From assembly GCA_964106915.2 (NCBI GenBank), contig OZ066918.1: a stretch of 64,000 nt of DNA; one strand, given 5' to 3'. Made by a program: the position numbers and the translations under genes. This DNA is from Podarcis gaigeae (lineage: Eukaryota). Of the stretch, positions 1 through 10,558 are shown piece after piece (position 1 is the stretch's first letter; every line of letters begins with the position of its first letter). The notes below the pieces were generated by a model, which did no database searches, was not told the origin of the DNA, and saw only the letters and a list, made by a program, of their open reading frames with translations.

Positions 1-1027
1 TCTTCATAAAAGGAACTAGCTGGAACATATACCATGCCATTGATACTGGAGGAGCACCTGAAAGACCTTTGTGACATACTGCTGTACTACAATGTTAGCT
101 CTCTTTGTGGAGACTTAATAAAAGCTGCCAACTCAGCCATTAACAGAGCATGAATGATGAATCCAGGCACAGTCTTGGGAAATATCACAACAGAGTGTGG
201 CAAGGAAATTGAAAGATGTAAAGTTATTTTATGGTACGTTCTGATCATTTGAAGTCTCATAATCTCTGAAGGTCAGAGTTATTGCTGAAAGGAAACAAAT
301 GGGATTTAATTAATTCTTCTTGAAATATACCAAATGAATGAAAGCCTCCACACTGAACTATCATATCTTGTCCTGCTCTTAAGATGTTCTTTACCTGGGA
401 CTTACTACAAAAGGTTGGCTATAAATACCTGAGCACACAAACGATATAGAATTTAAAGTGTAACCCAATAAAATACAATATAAGAAATAAAATAAGCAAT
501 AAAAATAGAATTACAAATCTATACTATTATTTAATGTGGACATGCTGCAGGCCACTGCAAACAGTTTGGAGCCCCCTCTATGATAGAAAAGTATGGTGAA
601 TTAGTTCACATGGCTGCTGTTTACATGGTGAATTCAATGCAAGCTGATAGTGAAAGGCAGTATGCCCTAGTGATCAGAGTGCCAGAGCAGGACTGGGGAG
701 CCCTCAGTTCATAAATCCCACCCAAGAGAAATATATGCAACCAAAGAGAACATTTTCAGAATTAAAGCTCAGTGGAAAGCACTGCAGATTCTTTAGGGAC
801 ATTTGTCAAGTAGGTTAAGCTAAAAGAAATCATAATTAAAATGACCCACATATAGAAGAAAAGAAAAATTGTCCCAAGGCTACATTGAAGGAGATAGAGC
901 TGGTAAGCCTGGCTCACTAAAACTGATGTGTGGCAAATTTCTCAAAGAATATGTAATTTAGGTCGTCATTTAGAAAGAATACATTAACATCGGGTGCTTT
1001 TGTAAAGCAGAAGGAGCCTCTCAAGGA

Positions 1028-1410
1028 GGGATGGGGGGGTGGTGGAAATTCAGTTCAGTTCACATTTAAAACTGAATCTATCAAATTCACACTGAAACAC
1101 CGAACCACCCTCCAAACTTCACACTTATCCGAATATAGCAAAACAGTTTTCCAACCAGCCAACGTTTACAAAATGTGCATATATATTAGTGAAAATAATG
1201 TACAAAAGTGCATTATATCCAGGGAAATTGCTTGCAAAGATCAGTCACAAATGCATACAAAAATGTGTTTATCTGGATAAATTTGCACTAAAATGTCAAT
1301 GCAGTTTCATGAAGTTTTTTTTTTTAAATCCACAAATTGCTGCAGAAATATGGAGAGCTGAATTCAAGATTGCCGGAGGGCAAGGGAGTAAAAGAAACAC
1401 AGAGAACAAA
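1028..1410. repeat. Old interspersed repeat, probably a non-autonomous DNA transposon remnant; related pieces near 32350-32585 and 47330-47500
   Basis: Shared motifs between copies (aattcagttcagtt / aaactgaa, tatattagggaaaat, aatgtggagaa). Confidence 0.4.
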
Positions 1411-1521
1411 AATGGAAAAAATCCCCCACCCCAGCTCTCAAGGTTGTTTTTCATGCAACCATCTTAAACACTTGCTAGGTCAGGTTTTACAAGTCATATC
1501 TGACAGCTAGAACTTCCTCAC

Positions 1522-1635
1522 CTGGAAATCTCCCCTGTAGGGTGATGACATCACCATAGATCCATACAGTGTATCGCTTCTGCGTTTTGTTCTTTTAGAA
1601 ACCGTGACTGAATCTGAAATGTTTTCAGCTTTGGT
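1522..1635 (-). other. Candidate internal exon (114 nt, phase 0-0; TKAENISDSVTVSKRTKRRSDTLYGSMVMSSPYRGDFQ), gene not identified
   Basis: Minus strand reads ttattacagttgacag|ACC...TTCCAG|gtgagg and is open in one frame for 38 codons. A competing AG lies 7 nt upstream. No homology recognised. Confidence 0.3.
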
Positions 1636-2797
1636 CTGTCAACTGTAATAATAAATTGAGCTGAGCTGAATGTAATTCTGAATGTAAATGGAGAATACAC
1701 ACAACAATCTCCTATGGAAGACCTGTGAACTGCACAGCCGCTCTGGAGTCTGGCTGTACATAGACTCTCTCTTTGTGTCAAATATTTTGAGGCTCTGAAA
1801 GTATTGTAAGCTTCATAACTCAATGCCAGCAGAAAATGGGATATTTTGCACACCAGTGTTTTAATATTCAAGTATATCCTGTTTTAAATACTCATTTAAA
1901 ATTATAACTTAACAAATCGAACCTAATTATATCTTAAAATCGAGCCCGTGACTGTCTCCTTCCTCACTACACTGGAACGTTTCCATGATTTTGCATGATG
2001 AAGGCACACATTTTCTTCTTCCACATGAAGAATCCCACTATCCCAGCAAATGCCTGCATAGGGCCAATGCTGGGTTAAATTCACCTCAGTATAACACAAC
2101 TTCATATACTTATGTGTTTTCAGTAGCCTAAATATACCCTCCAAAATGCTAAGAAGAGCTGTGCTCTGTAAACTTCTGTATAGTCCAACCATTACATTTT
2201 GGTTTTCTTGCCTCGGAAACGGCCTGTAAAAGAAAGACCCTGGTGAACTCACAGCCCTAATCCTAGGTCTGTGACAGCTCCCAAGCGGCTTATGAAAACA
2301 GAAAAAAGTAAAACAAAGAAAATCCGTGTTGGCTCTTTGTTCTATAGGGGGAAAAAACAGAGCAAGTGAAGGGGAAAAACTGCTGAACGAGAGAAGAGAC
2401 AAGAAAGGCACCAAAATTTTATAACATGGCTTCAAAGGGATCACCAAACTGGGTTGTTGTTGCTTTTTTAAAAAATGTAAACACTTTTAAAAGGAAGGTC
2501 TACAGGCTGTGTTGGTGTATTGCAATTACTGTTCAACTGAGCCGTTCACACTGGCACAAAAACATGTGACTGTCATAATCTAGGCCATTCTCTAGTGTTT
2601 CTCTGGAGAGGTCTTTCCTTGCTTCACTTACCGACTAATGTCTGAAAACAAAGGGCCATCTAAATCTTTTAAATGGAAAATGGCCCAGGAGGAATCATCA
2701 GCACAAGTGAGCTCCCAGAGTAAATGCCTGCTCTCCCAGTACTTTATACTTGGCATATACTGCATGCTACCCATGCACAGGGCAGCAGCAGGCTTCA

Positions 2798-3326
2798 TAA
2801 TAATAATAATAAATAATAATAATAATTTATTATTTGTACCCTGCCCATCTGACTGGGTTTCCCCAGCCACTCTGGGCGGCTTCCAACAAAGATTAGAAAT
2901 ACATTAAAATGTCACACATTAAAAACATCCCTGAACAGGGCTGCCTTCAGATGTCTTCTAAATGTCAGGTAGTTGTTTATCTCTTTGACATCTAATGGGA
3001 GGGCATTCCACAGGGCAGACGCCACTACCGAGAAGGCCCTCTGCTTGGTTCCCTGTAGCTTTGCTTCTCGCAATGAGGGAACCGCCAGAAGGCCCTTGGT
3101 GCTGGACCTCAGTGTCCGGGCAGAACGATGGGGGTGGAGACGCTCCTTCAGGTATACTGGGCCGAGGCTGTTTAGGGCTTTAAAGGTCAACACTAACACT
3201 TTGAATTGTGCTCAGAAACATACTGGGAGCCAATGTAGGTCTTTCAAGACCGGTGTTATGTGGTCTTGGTGTCTGCCCCCAGTCACCAGTCTAGCTGCTG
3301 CATTCTGGATTAGTTGTAGTTTCCGA
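2798..3326 (-). mobile_element. L2 LINE 3' fragment
   Basis: ORF 2912-3199 (VLTFKALN..GP.YL...RAFSVVA..LWNALP...FRRHLKAALF) matches the L2 ORF2 C-terminus. It is followed by a 3' UTR and a (tta)n tail. Confidence 0.85.
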
Positions 3327-3344
3327 GTATTAATAAGGGGTTAA

Positions 3345-3641
3345 AGCTTTGCATGCAGAAGGTCTCTGGGGTTAAATTCCTGACATTTCCAGGAGCAGGT
3401 GATACAAAAGACCATGTCCCTGAGACCATGGAAAGCAACTTCAAGTCATTGGTTGGGTAGCCAGTGCAGTGCCCTCCAGATGTTTATGGACTACAACCCC
3501 CATCACTCCCCATCATTGGCTGTGCTAGTTGGAGCTGATAGGAACTGGTGTCCAACAAGATCTGGAGGGTACCATGCTGGCTAATGCTGGGTTAAACAAG
3601 CATATGATCTGAACTGGTATAAGGTAGCTTGCTATGTTCCT
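3345..3641 (+). mobile_element. Degenerate tRNA-derived SINE interrupted by a small hAT-like MITE (~3455-3590)
   Basis: SINE head cttgcatgcagaaggtc and tail ctatgttcct. The inner piece carries the inverted pair ccctccagatg...atctggaggg; similar pieces occur near 45330-45445 and 63050-63140. Confidence 0.5.
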
Positions 3642-4146
3642 GCCTAAATAGATGGGAGGAGGAGGAGGAAATTAACCCAGAGATAAATGGGGCAAATTAA
3701 TCCTAATATAAATGTGAGCCCTTCAGGTTTGGATGGTTCTGTTCCATTGGTACCTGCACCCAGTGCTGTAGTGGTGAATTTTGAAGGGCCGGAGTTCGTC
3801 ATTACATTTCCTAGGGCCACACACCAAAAAGAGAGTCGGTACCCACACATACAGGGAGAGTGATGATGAAGAAGAAGAAGCATGGGATGGTAAAGGATGG
3901 TGCAGTGGTTGGGGTGTTGTGGCTGGGGAGATCTGGCTTCACATCTCTGATCAGTCATGAAGTTGTGGAACTCCCTTCCCACAGAGGTGCCTCTGGCACT
4001 GACGTCATACAGCTTTTGACTTATACTGAAGATAATCCTAGCTTTTGACACTAGAGATTGGCTTAACCCATTTGGGATGATCATAGTCCATCACAGAGAA
4101 GTTCATGACATTGTTAAGATATCTATAGCCACAATAAACCATCAAG

Positions 4147-4320
4147 AGCCAATGTAGTATAGTTGCTTAAGCAGTCGACTAGGATGAAGGAGACCCAGAA
4201 TCAAATCCCCACTTGGCCACCCTAGCCTACCTCACAGGACTGTTGTGAGGATAAAACTGGGTGACAAGAACCATGTATACTTTTCTGAGATGCTTGGACG
4301 AAGGTGGGCTTCACGTATAA
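4147..4320 (+). mobile_element. Degenerate tRNA-derived CORE/MIR-like (Squam3-type) SINE
   Basis: tRNA-like A/B boxes (tgtagtatagttg...tcaaatcccc) and the core cctacctcacagg.ttgttgtgaggataaa. Confidence 0.55.
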
Positions 4321-4331
4321 TGATTAGTGGA

Positions 4332-4510
4332 CAAGGGTGCCAACTTGAATAAAACATTGGGGGGAGGGCAGATAAGCCCTTCCCCTGAAAAACTGACCAC
4401 AAGACCACACACACACCATTTGAATGGCAATGCCCACCAACCTGGGGGCGCACCCCCTCAATTATTTTATTGGAGCCAAAGGGACCTTCACCCCTAGGAC
4501 TTAGCTCCTC
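4332..4510. repeat. Unclassified short repeat, probably a DNA transposon remnant; copies at 24167-24304 and 35665-35825 in the opposite orientation
   Basis: Shared terminus (c)agggtgccaacttgaataaaa and internal tggcaatgccca(t/c)caac. Confidence 0.55.
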
Positions 4511-5217
4511 TGTTAGTAATAGTAGCATTCAAAGCACAAAGGCTGATAGCACTAATACCTGTGCAGGTATGAGGTCCTATTCTTGGTGCTGCTACAGGTG
4601 CTTTCTCTCCCTGCTTGCCAAGATTTACAGTGGAGGTCTGCACAATGCTCCAGTAAATGAAGGAAGGCAGGACTAGTCAGTTCAGCTGCCAGGGATCATC
4701 AGCACAGGCACTGCCATCATGGGTTGCGTCAAATCAGCATGCCTGACACCTAAAATTCTTCTGTCAGTAAGAATCCTATCAAAATGTTCTCAGGATGAGC
4801 TGCATTCTTCTGGTACTGCAGCTAAATGTCAATAGCTGGAGACATGAAACTTTCTAGTCTGGTTAAAGCACTATATAGCTTATGGCTGTCAGGTTGTCAG
4901 GTTGCTTCTGAATGAACTGAATCAGTACTCTCCCACCCGACTGCCCCCATCCCGTTTCCACCTGGCCCTTCCCCCTCCACTTCCTCAGCTGACATAGCAA
5001 TCAGGACTCCAGGTGTGCTGCAGAGCAGGTGGACTGAGAAACCAGTGGAGAAAACAAGTGGGAGAAGTCACAGCTGCCTCTCCTCCCGGTTTTAAGCTCC
5101 ATGAAGGATCCCTAGGTGAGTTGCAGACTCTAAAATTAGGCTAAATGAAGAATGCATTTGCTTACTTTGACACCTGTACTATTTTATCCATCCAGTCTGC
5201 CTGCTAGTAAGCTACAT

Positions 5218-6377
5218 GTTGTTGTTGTTGTTGTTTAGTCGTTTAGTCGTGTCCGACTCTTCGTGACCCCATGGACCAGAGAACGCCAGGCACCTCTGTC
5301 CTCCACTGCCTCCCGCAGTTTGCTCAAACTCATGCTGGTAACCTCGAAAACACTATCCAACCATCTCGTCCTCTGCCGTCCCCTTCTCCTTGTGCCCTCC
5401 ATCTTTCCCAACATCAGGGTCTTCTCCAGGGAGTCTTCTCTTCTCATGAGGTGGCCAAAGTACTGGAGCCTCAGCTTCACAATCTGTCCTTCCAGTGAGC
5501 ACTCAGGGTTGATTTCCTTCAGTATGGAGAGGTTTGATCTTCTTGCAGTCCATGGGACTCTCAAGAGTCTCCTCCAGCACCATAATTCAAAAGCATCAAT
5601 TCTTCGGCGATCAGCCTTCTTTATGGTCCAGCTCTCACTTCCATACATCACTACTGGGAAAACCATAGCTTTAACTATACGAACCTTTGTTGGCAAGGTG
5701 ATGTCTCTACTTCTCAAGATGCTGTCTAGGCCTGTCATTGCCCTTCTCCCAAGAAGCAGGCGTCTTTTAATTTCGTGGCTGCTGTCACCATCTGCAGTGA
5801 TCATTGAGCCCAAGAAAGTAAAATCTTTCACTACCTCCATTTCTTCCCCTTCTATTTGCCAGGAGGTGATGGGACCAGTGGCCATGATCTTCGTTTTTTT
5901 GATGTTGAGCTTCAGGCCATATTTTGCGCTCTCCTCTTTCACCCTCATTAAAAGGTTCTTTAATTCCTCCTCACTTTCTGCCATCAAGGTTGTGTCATCT
6001 GCATATCTGAGGTTGTTGATATTTCTTCCGGCAATCTTAATTCCGGCTAGGGATTCATCCAGCCCAGCCTTTCGCATGATGAATTCTGCATATAAGTTAA
6101 ATAAGCAGGGAGACAAAATACAGCCTTGTCGTACTCCTTTCCCAATTTTGAACCAATCAGTTGTTCCATATCCAGTTTTAACTGTAGCTTCTTGTCCCAC
6201 ATAGAGATTTCTCAGGAGACAGATGAGGTGATCTGGCACTCCCATTTCTTTAAGAACTTGCCATAGTTTGCCGTGGTCGACACAGTCAAAAGCTTTTGCA
6301 TAGTCAATGAAGCAGAAGTAGATGTCTTTCTGGAACTCTCTAGCTTTCTCCATAATCCAGTGCATGTTTGCAATTTG
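5218..6377 (-). mobile_element. BovB (RTE clade) LINE, 5'-truncated, with an uninterrupted RT C-terminal ORF (5235-6365)
   Basis: FIDYAKAFD, GVRQGCILSP, LRYADD and the C-terminus VHGVTKSRTRLND; (caa)n tail; 12-bp TSD agtaagctacat at 5206-5217 and 6378-6389. Confidence 0.95.
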
Positions 6378-8136
6378 AGTAAGCTACATACTTTATAACA
6401 TTTTAAAAGCATGAGCGAAGGGAGGCTGTTACTAATCAAACTTGCAAATGGTCTGTCCAGCTTGTCATTGCCTTCTGGGAGTGGCAGTGATTCTGCTGCA
6501 GGGTTGGGGAACCTGTTGCAACCAAGATGTTGTAGACTACAGCTGCATACACACCAAACCTTTAAAGTACAGTCAAAGCACATTTCCCCCCTCAAACAAT
6601 TCTGAGTCACTGGGAATGACAGCTCTACGTGGGGTGGACTACAGTGCCCAAAGTTCTTTGAGGCCGAAAGCATGCTTCAAATGTGTGTTAAAGCTATAGT
6701 ATGGCTGCAGCCTTAATTCTCATCAGCCCTGACTGCTGGCCACAAGCTGGAGTCCAATGACATCTAGAGAGGCACTAGTTTCTTATTTCCTACACTCAAG
6801 GGTCTCAGAGGTTTTCCAGTCACCCTTTTTCACTAGAGATGATAGCAATTGAAACTGAGCCTTTCTGCATACAGAGCATGTGCTCCAAATATGAGGCGCA
6901 GTCACTCCCCAAATCCTGAAATTCACAAAAATAGTGATAATTGAAGGAGCTAGAATTGTGGCTTTAGATATCTTACTCATAATAAGTATCTTTATTGAGA
7001 GAGATTTTACTGCAAACTTGTTTCTAACTGAGGGGGTTTATTGAATAGTCTTTTGATTCTATAGTGAAGCTGGACTTTCATTTCAAAACGGAGGCCTAGA
7101 TTAGTTGCATGTTTGAGATATCACAAGGTTTGGATTATAAGCTTCCCTGCAGGACAGAGTAAGAAAAAGATGGCTAATGATTAACATTCTTAAGTGAAAA
7201 GCTCCAGCACATTAAAAATAAAATAAAATACAGTAAGAGAGTCAGTGTCTATTATTCAAAGTGACAGGGTAATGGATTTAGTTTTAAATAACTGGTCTTT
7301 CCTAGCATCGTAGCCTTTGTTTGGAGAAGTTGGAATTTAGTGAAATCCTTCCCCCAGGCAGCCTCCCTGCCTATAATGGTTACATGATTGGAAGAAAATC
7401 CACAGATGCATTTTTTTGCTTTTCAATTTGGCTTTGGAACAATATGGACAACTTTCATAGTGGGAGATAACTATGAAGCCACTGAGGTCTGAGAATAAAA
7501 GTTAACCAAGTGGGAAGGCTAAGGAAGTATCTGCAGAAGAACAGATGGACTGAAAATTAATAACCAGAGAGATTTGAGTTAGCTCATTCAAGAACTATGC
7601 ATTCTTCCGGCCTCATTCACTTCTGTAAAAATTATGGGTCAAATTGCGCTCTTTCAGTCATTTTGCCTGCACAGGCATTTTAGCTTGCCAGGTGGAACAA
7701 TCCCCCTCCCCTCCCTGACATGTGTTCTGGGAATTCTCCTGGACCACCCCCCCCCCCCGGCCAATTTGGGGTGTGCATGCAGGGGACATGGGAGGGAAGC
7801 CCTGCTGTGCAAGAGGAATTCCTTGTTCAGGGCTTTTGCATCAATTCCACCCTATTGTTATGATTTGAGCTGTGGGGGAGGGGCATTAGGGTATGCCTGG
7901 TTCCCCTTCTAATTCCTATGAATAGCTAGGCTAGCTTCCTGATGAAAGGAAGCAAAGGAAGTGGCTTTATGCTATACTGCAAATGGGTGGACCCTGCTCC
8001 CTCAACAGGCTGGTAGGCAGAAAGACAATGCCGAGAACCCCTAGAACCCCTGGAATCTCGCACCGCTCAGAGATTGGGGTGGTATGCAGCACTATATATC
8101 TTAATATACAGTTAAAACGTAATGCTGTCATCATGC

Positions 8137-8169
8137 TGCAGTTCACTTGGCCTCCAACAGGTGGCGCTG
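8137..8169 (+). promoter_or_regulatory. Probable CTCF binding site (core plus upstream module)
   Basis: Core cctccaacaggtggcgctg (8151-8169) closely matches the CCACCAGGGGGCGC consensus; tgcagttca lies 5 bp upstream. Confidence 0.55.
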
Positions 8170-8726
8170 TGATTACAGACTTTTGAGAGCTGCAAGGCAA
8201 TCACAGAAGCACTGGAGGGTGGGAAGGGAAGCAGACAAAAGAGATGGAGGCAAGCGGACAGCCCAGGCAAAATGAGGAGGAGCTGTCAGGACAGACTGGG
8301 GCAACTCCCTAGCAACCATCCTGTTCTGCCACCGCCATTGCCCACCTCACACTGATGCTGCTGCTTCAGCCTCAGCAGTGCTTGAGGGCTGGCACAATGG
8401 AAGCGGAGGAGAGAGATGGAAGCAGGTGGGCAGTCCAGGTGAGCTGTGGATGAACAATTTTAGGACAGGTTGGGGCAACTCCCCTGAAACCATCCTGCTC
8501 TGCATCAGCCTGTCAGTTCCCTCCTCCTTGCCTCACCCCGAGGCTGAAACATTTTTGGTGTGAGGCAGGCAGTATGATGGTGCTGATGCTGAGGTATAAG
8601 GGGAGTTGAAGTGTTTGATGAATCTTAATGTGGGGGGTTGGTTGGTGAGGTCTAAGGAGGATGGCATTGGGTGGGGGTAGTTGGGGGTACCCCTGAAAGA
8701 GTGTCTCCAGCTCCATTGTTCAGCTC

Positions 8727-9032
8727 AGACACTGAGGTCCAGCGCTGAGGGCCTTCTGGCGGTTCCTTCACTGTGAGAAGTGAGGTTACAGGGAACCAAG
8801 CAGGTCCTTCTCGGTAGTGGCGCCCGCCCTGTAGAATGCCCTCCCATCAGATGTCAAGGACATAAACAACTATTGGACTTTTAGAAGACATCTGAAGGCA
8901 GCCCTGTTCAGGGAGGTTTTTAATGTTTGATGCTTTATCATGCTTTTAATTTGTTGGGAGCTGCCCAGAGTGGCTGGGAAAACCCAGCCAGATGGAAAGG
9001 GTGGAAAAATAAATAAATTATTATTATAAATT
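8727..9032 (+). mobile_element. L2 LINE 3' fragment, same subfamily as 2798-3326
   Basis: Near reverse complement of 2826-3115 (ttagaagacatctgaaggcagccctgttcaggga...gcccagagtggctggg), ending in aataaat and a (tta)n tail. Confidence 0.85.
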
Positions 9033-10214
9033 ATTATAGCAAGACAAATGAGCAAGGATGCAGCCCCTAGTATTACACACAGTGTCTATCTCCCTGCTTG
9101 CCAACCATCCAAGTGGCACTTCCTGTAAATTCAGATTTTCCGATCTGTGGGCTATCTGATAAGGGAAGAAAATCCAGTATAAAATTGTATGTTACCTGAC
9201 TGTGGAGACACTGAAGCTCATTGTGGTCAGGGGGATTACTTTTTTATGTGTGTGTTGATGTTTCTAGGGCTGCCATCTATCACCACACCCCTTACTTCCA
9301 TTTCATAGCAGCATTAGAGGTCTTCTGCTGAAGGGAAAGCAAACTATGGCTGAAACTGCCAATGATGTGCCAAGGAAGTTTTTTCCCCCACCTATGTGCC
9401 CCCTGAGTATCTTACACTGATTTCCTCAGAGCTGGGACTCACCAATGCTGAGTCACGGACCCTGGTTTGAATGCCAGGCCTCAGTCCTGAAACAAAAAAG
9501 AATGCCTGTTTTGCTTTCAGCAACATTACTCTTTCAACAATACACCCTTCCAGAATGAGGGAACATGGCCTAGTCTAGTTGTGAGCCATAGCATACTTTT
9601 CTTTGGAAATTAGCTGTTGGATTCCTGCAATACTTACTTCTAACCATGAAGAAAGCACAGCATAAACACTGAAAAAGCCACACAGATAACTGGTAAAACT
9701 GCACCGAAGAAACAGTCATTTCTAACACTTTAATCACAAGACCCTCCTTCCTCCCTCAGAGGAATTTGAATTCCTAACACACCACCACCAGTGTGACTCA
9801 CAGCTTTCACGCCTCAGTTTGTAGACCTATTGCATTAAGTAGTCACATGCTCCCATTTAAGTGCCAAGCCAATTTTTCAAGCATTGTGATTATTCACTGG
9901 GAAGAGGAATGTTGACTTATGGGAGGTGGAATTACTCAGTTGTCATAATGAGTTGATTCAAGCTAGATAACCACGCTGGGATGGCAAAAGAATTTGCATG
10001 TATCCAAAACTTTGTACACGTCTCAGATAGGCAATGTAACATTCTTTGGAGGCTCTCATTTACACAAGGACCTGGCAGGCTACAAACTTGTCCAAGTCCA
10101 GGACAAATATTTGACTTCAGTTAAACTAAGTCTTCGTTAGTACAATAGTCTTAACTTGGTAAAGGACTTGGGTGAGCATGCACACAAAACCATCAAACCG
10201 CAAAGGAGATTGTA

Positions 10215-10558
10215 GAGGTGAACGTTGGAAGGTTCCTGAGAGACAAAAGAAAGTGCTCTTTCTCTTTCTCTCAGTGCAGATTTTAAACTATGGAACTCAC
10301 TCCTACAAGATGTAGTGGCAGCCACCAACTTGAATGGCTTTAAAAGTGGATTAGAAAAATGTATGGATAAGGCTCTCAGTGGCTACTAGGGAGTATGCCT
10401 TTGGAGACCATTTATTTGATGGGAATCCCAAGTAGACAGAGCATTGTTGCACTCAGGTTCTACCCCTGGTCTTTCCATTAGCATCTGATTGGCCATTGTG
10501 AGAATAGGATGATGGACCAGATGGGTTTGGGTCTTAGCAGGACTCTTCTTATTCTTTA
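10215..10558 (+). mobile_element. Old CR1 LINE 3' fragment
   Basis: Degenerate WNSL.QDVV.ATNL.GFK..L.K coding remnant, CR1-like 3' UTR and ttcttattctt tail. Confidence 0.65.

Noticed and set aside
5263-6204. 313-aa plus-strand ORF
   Set aside because: Antisense shadow of the BovB reverse transcriptase frame; no independent evidence.
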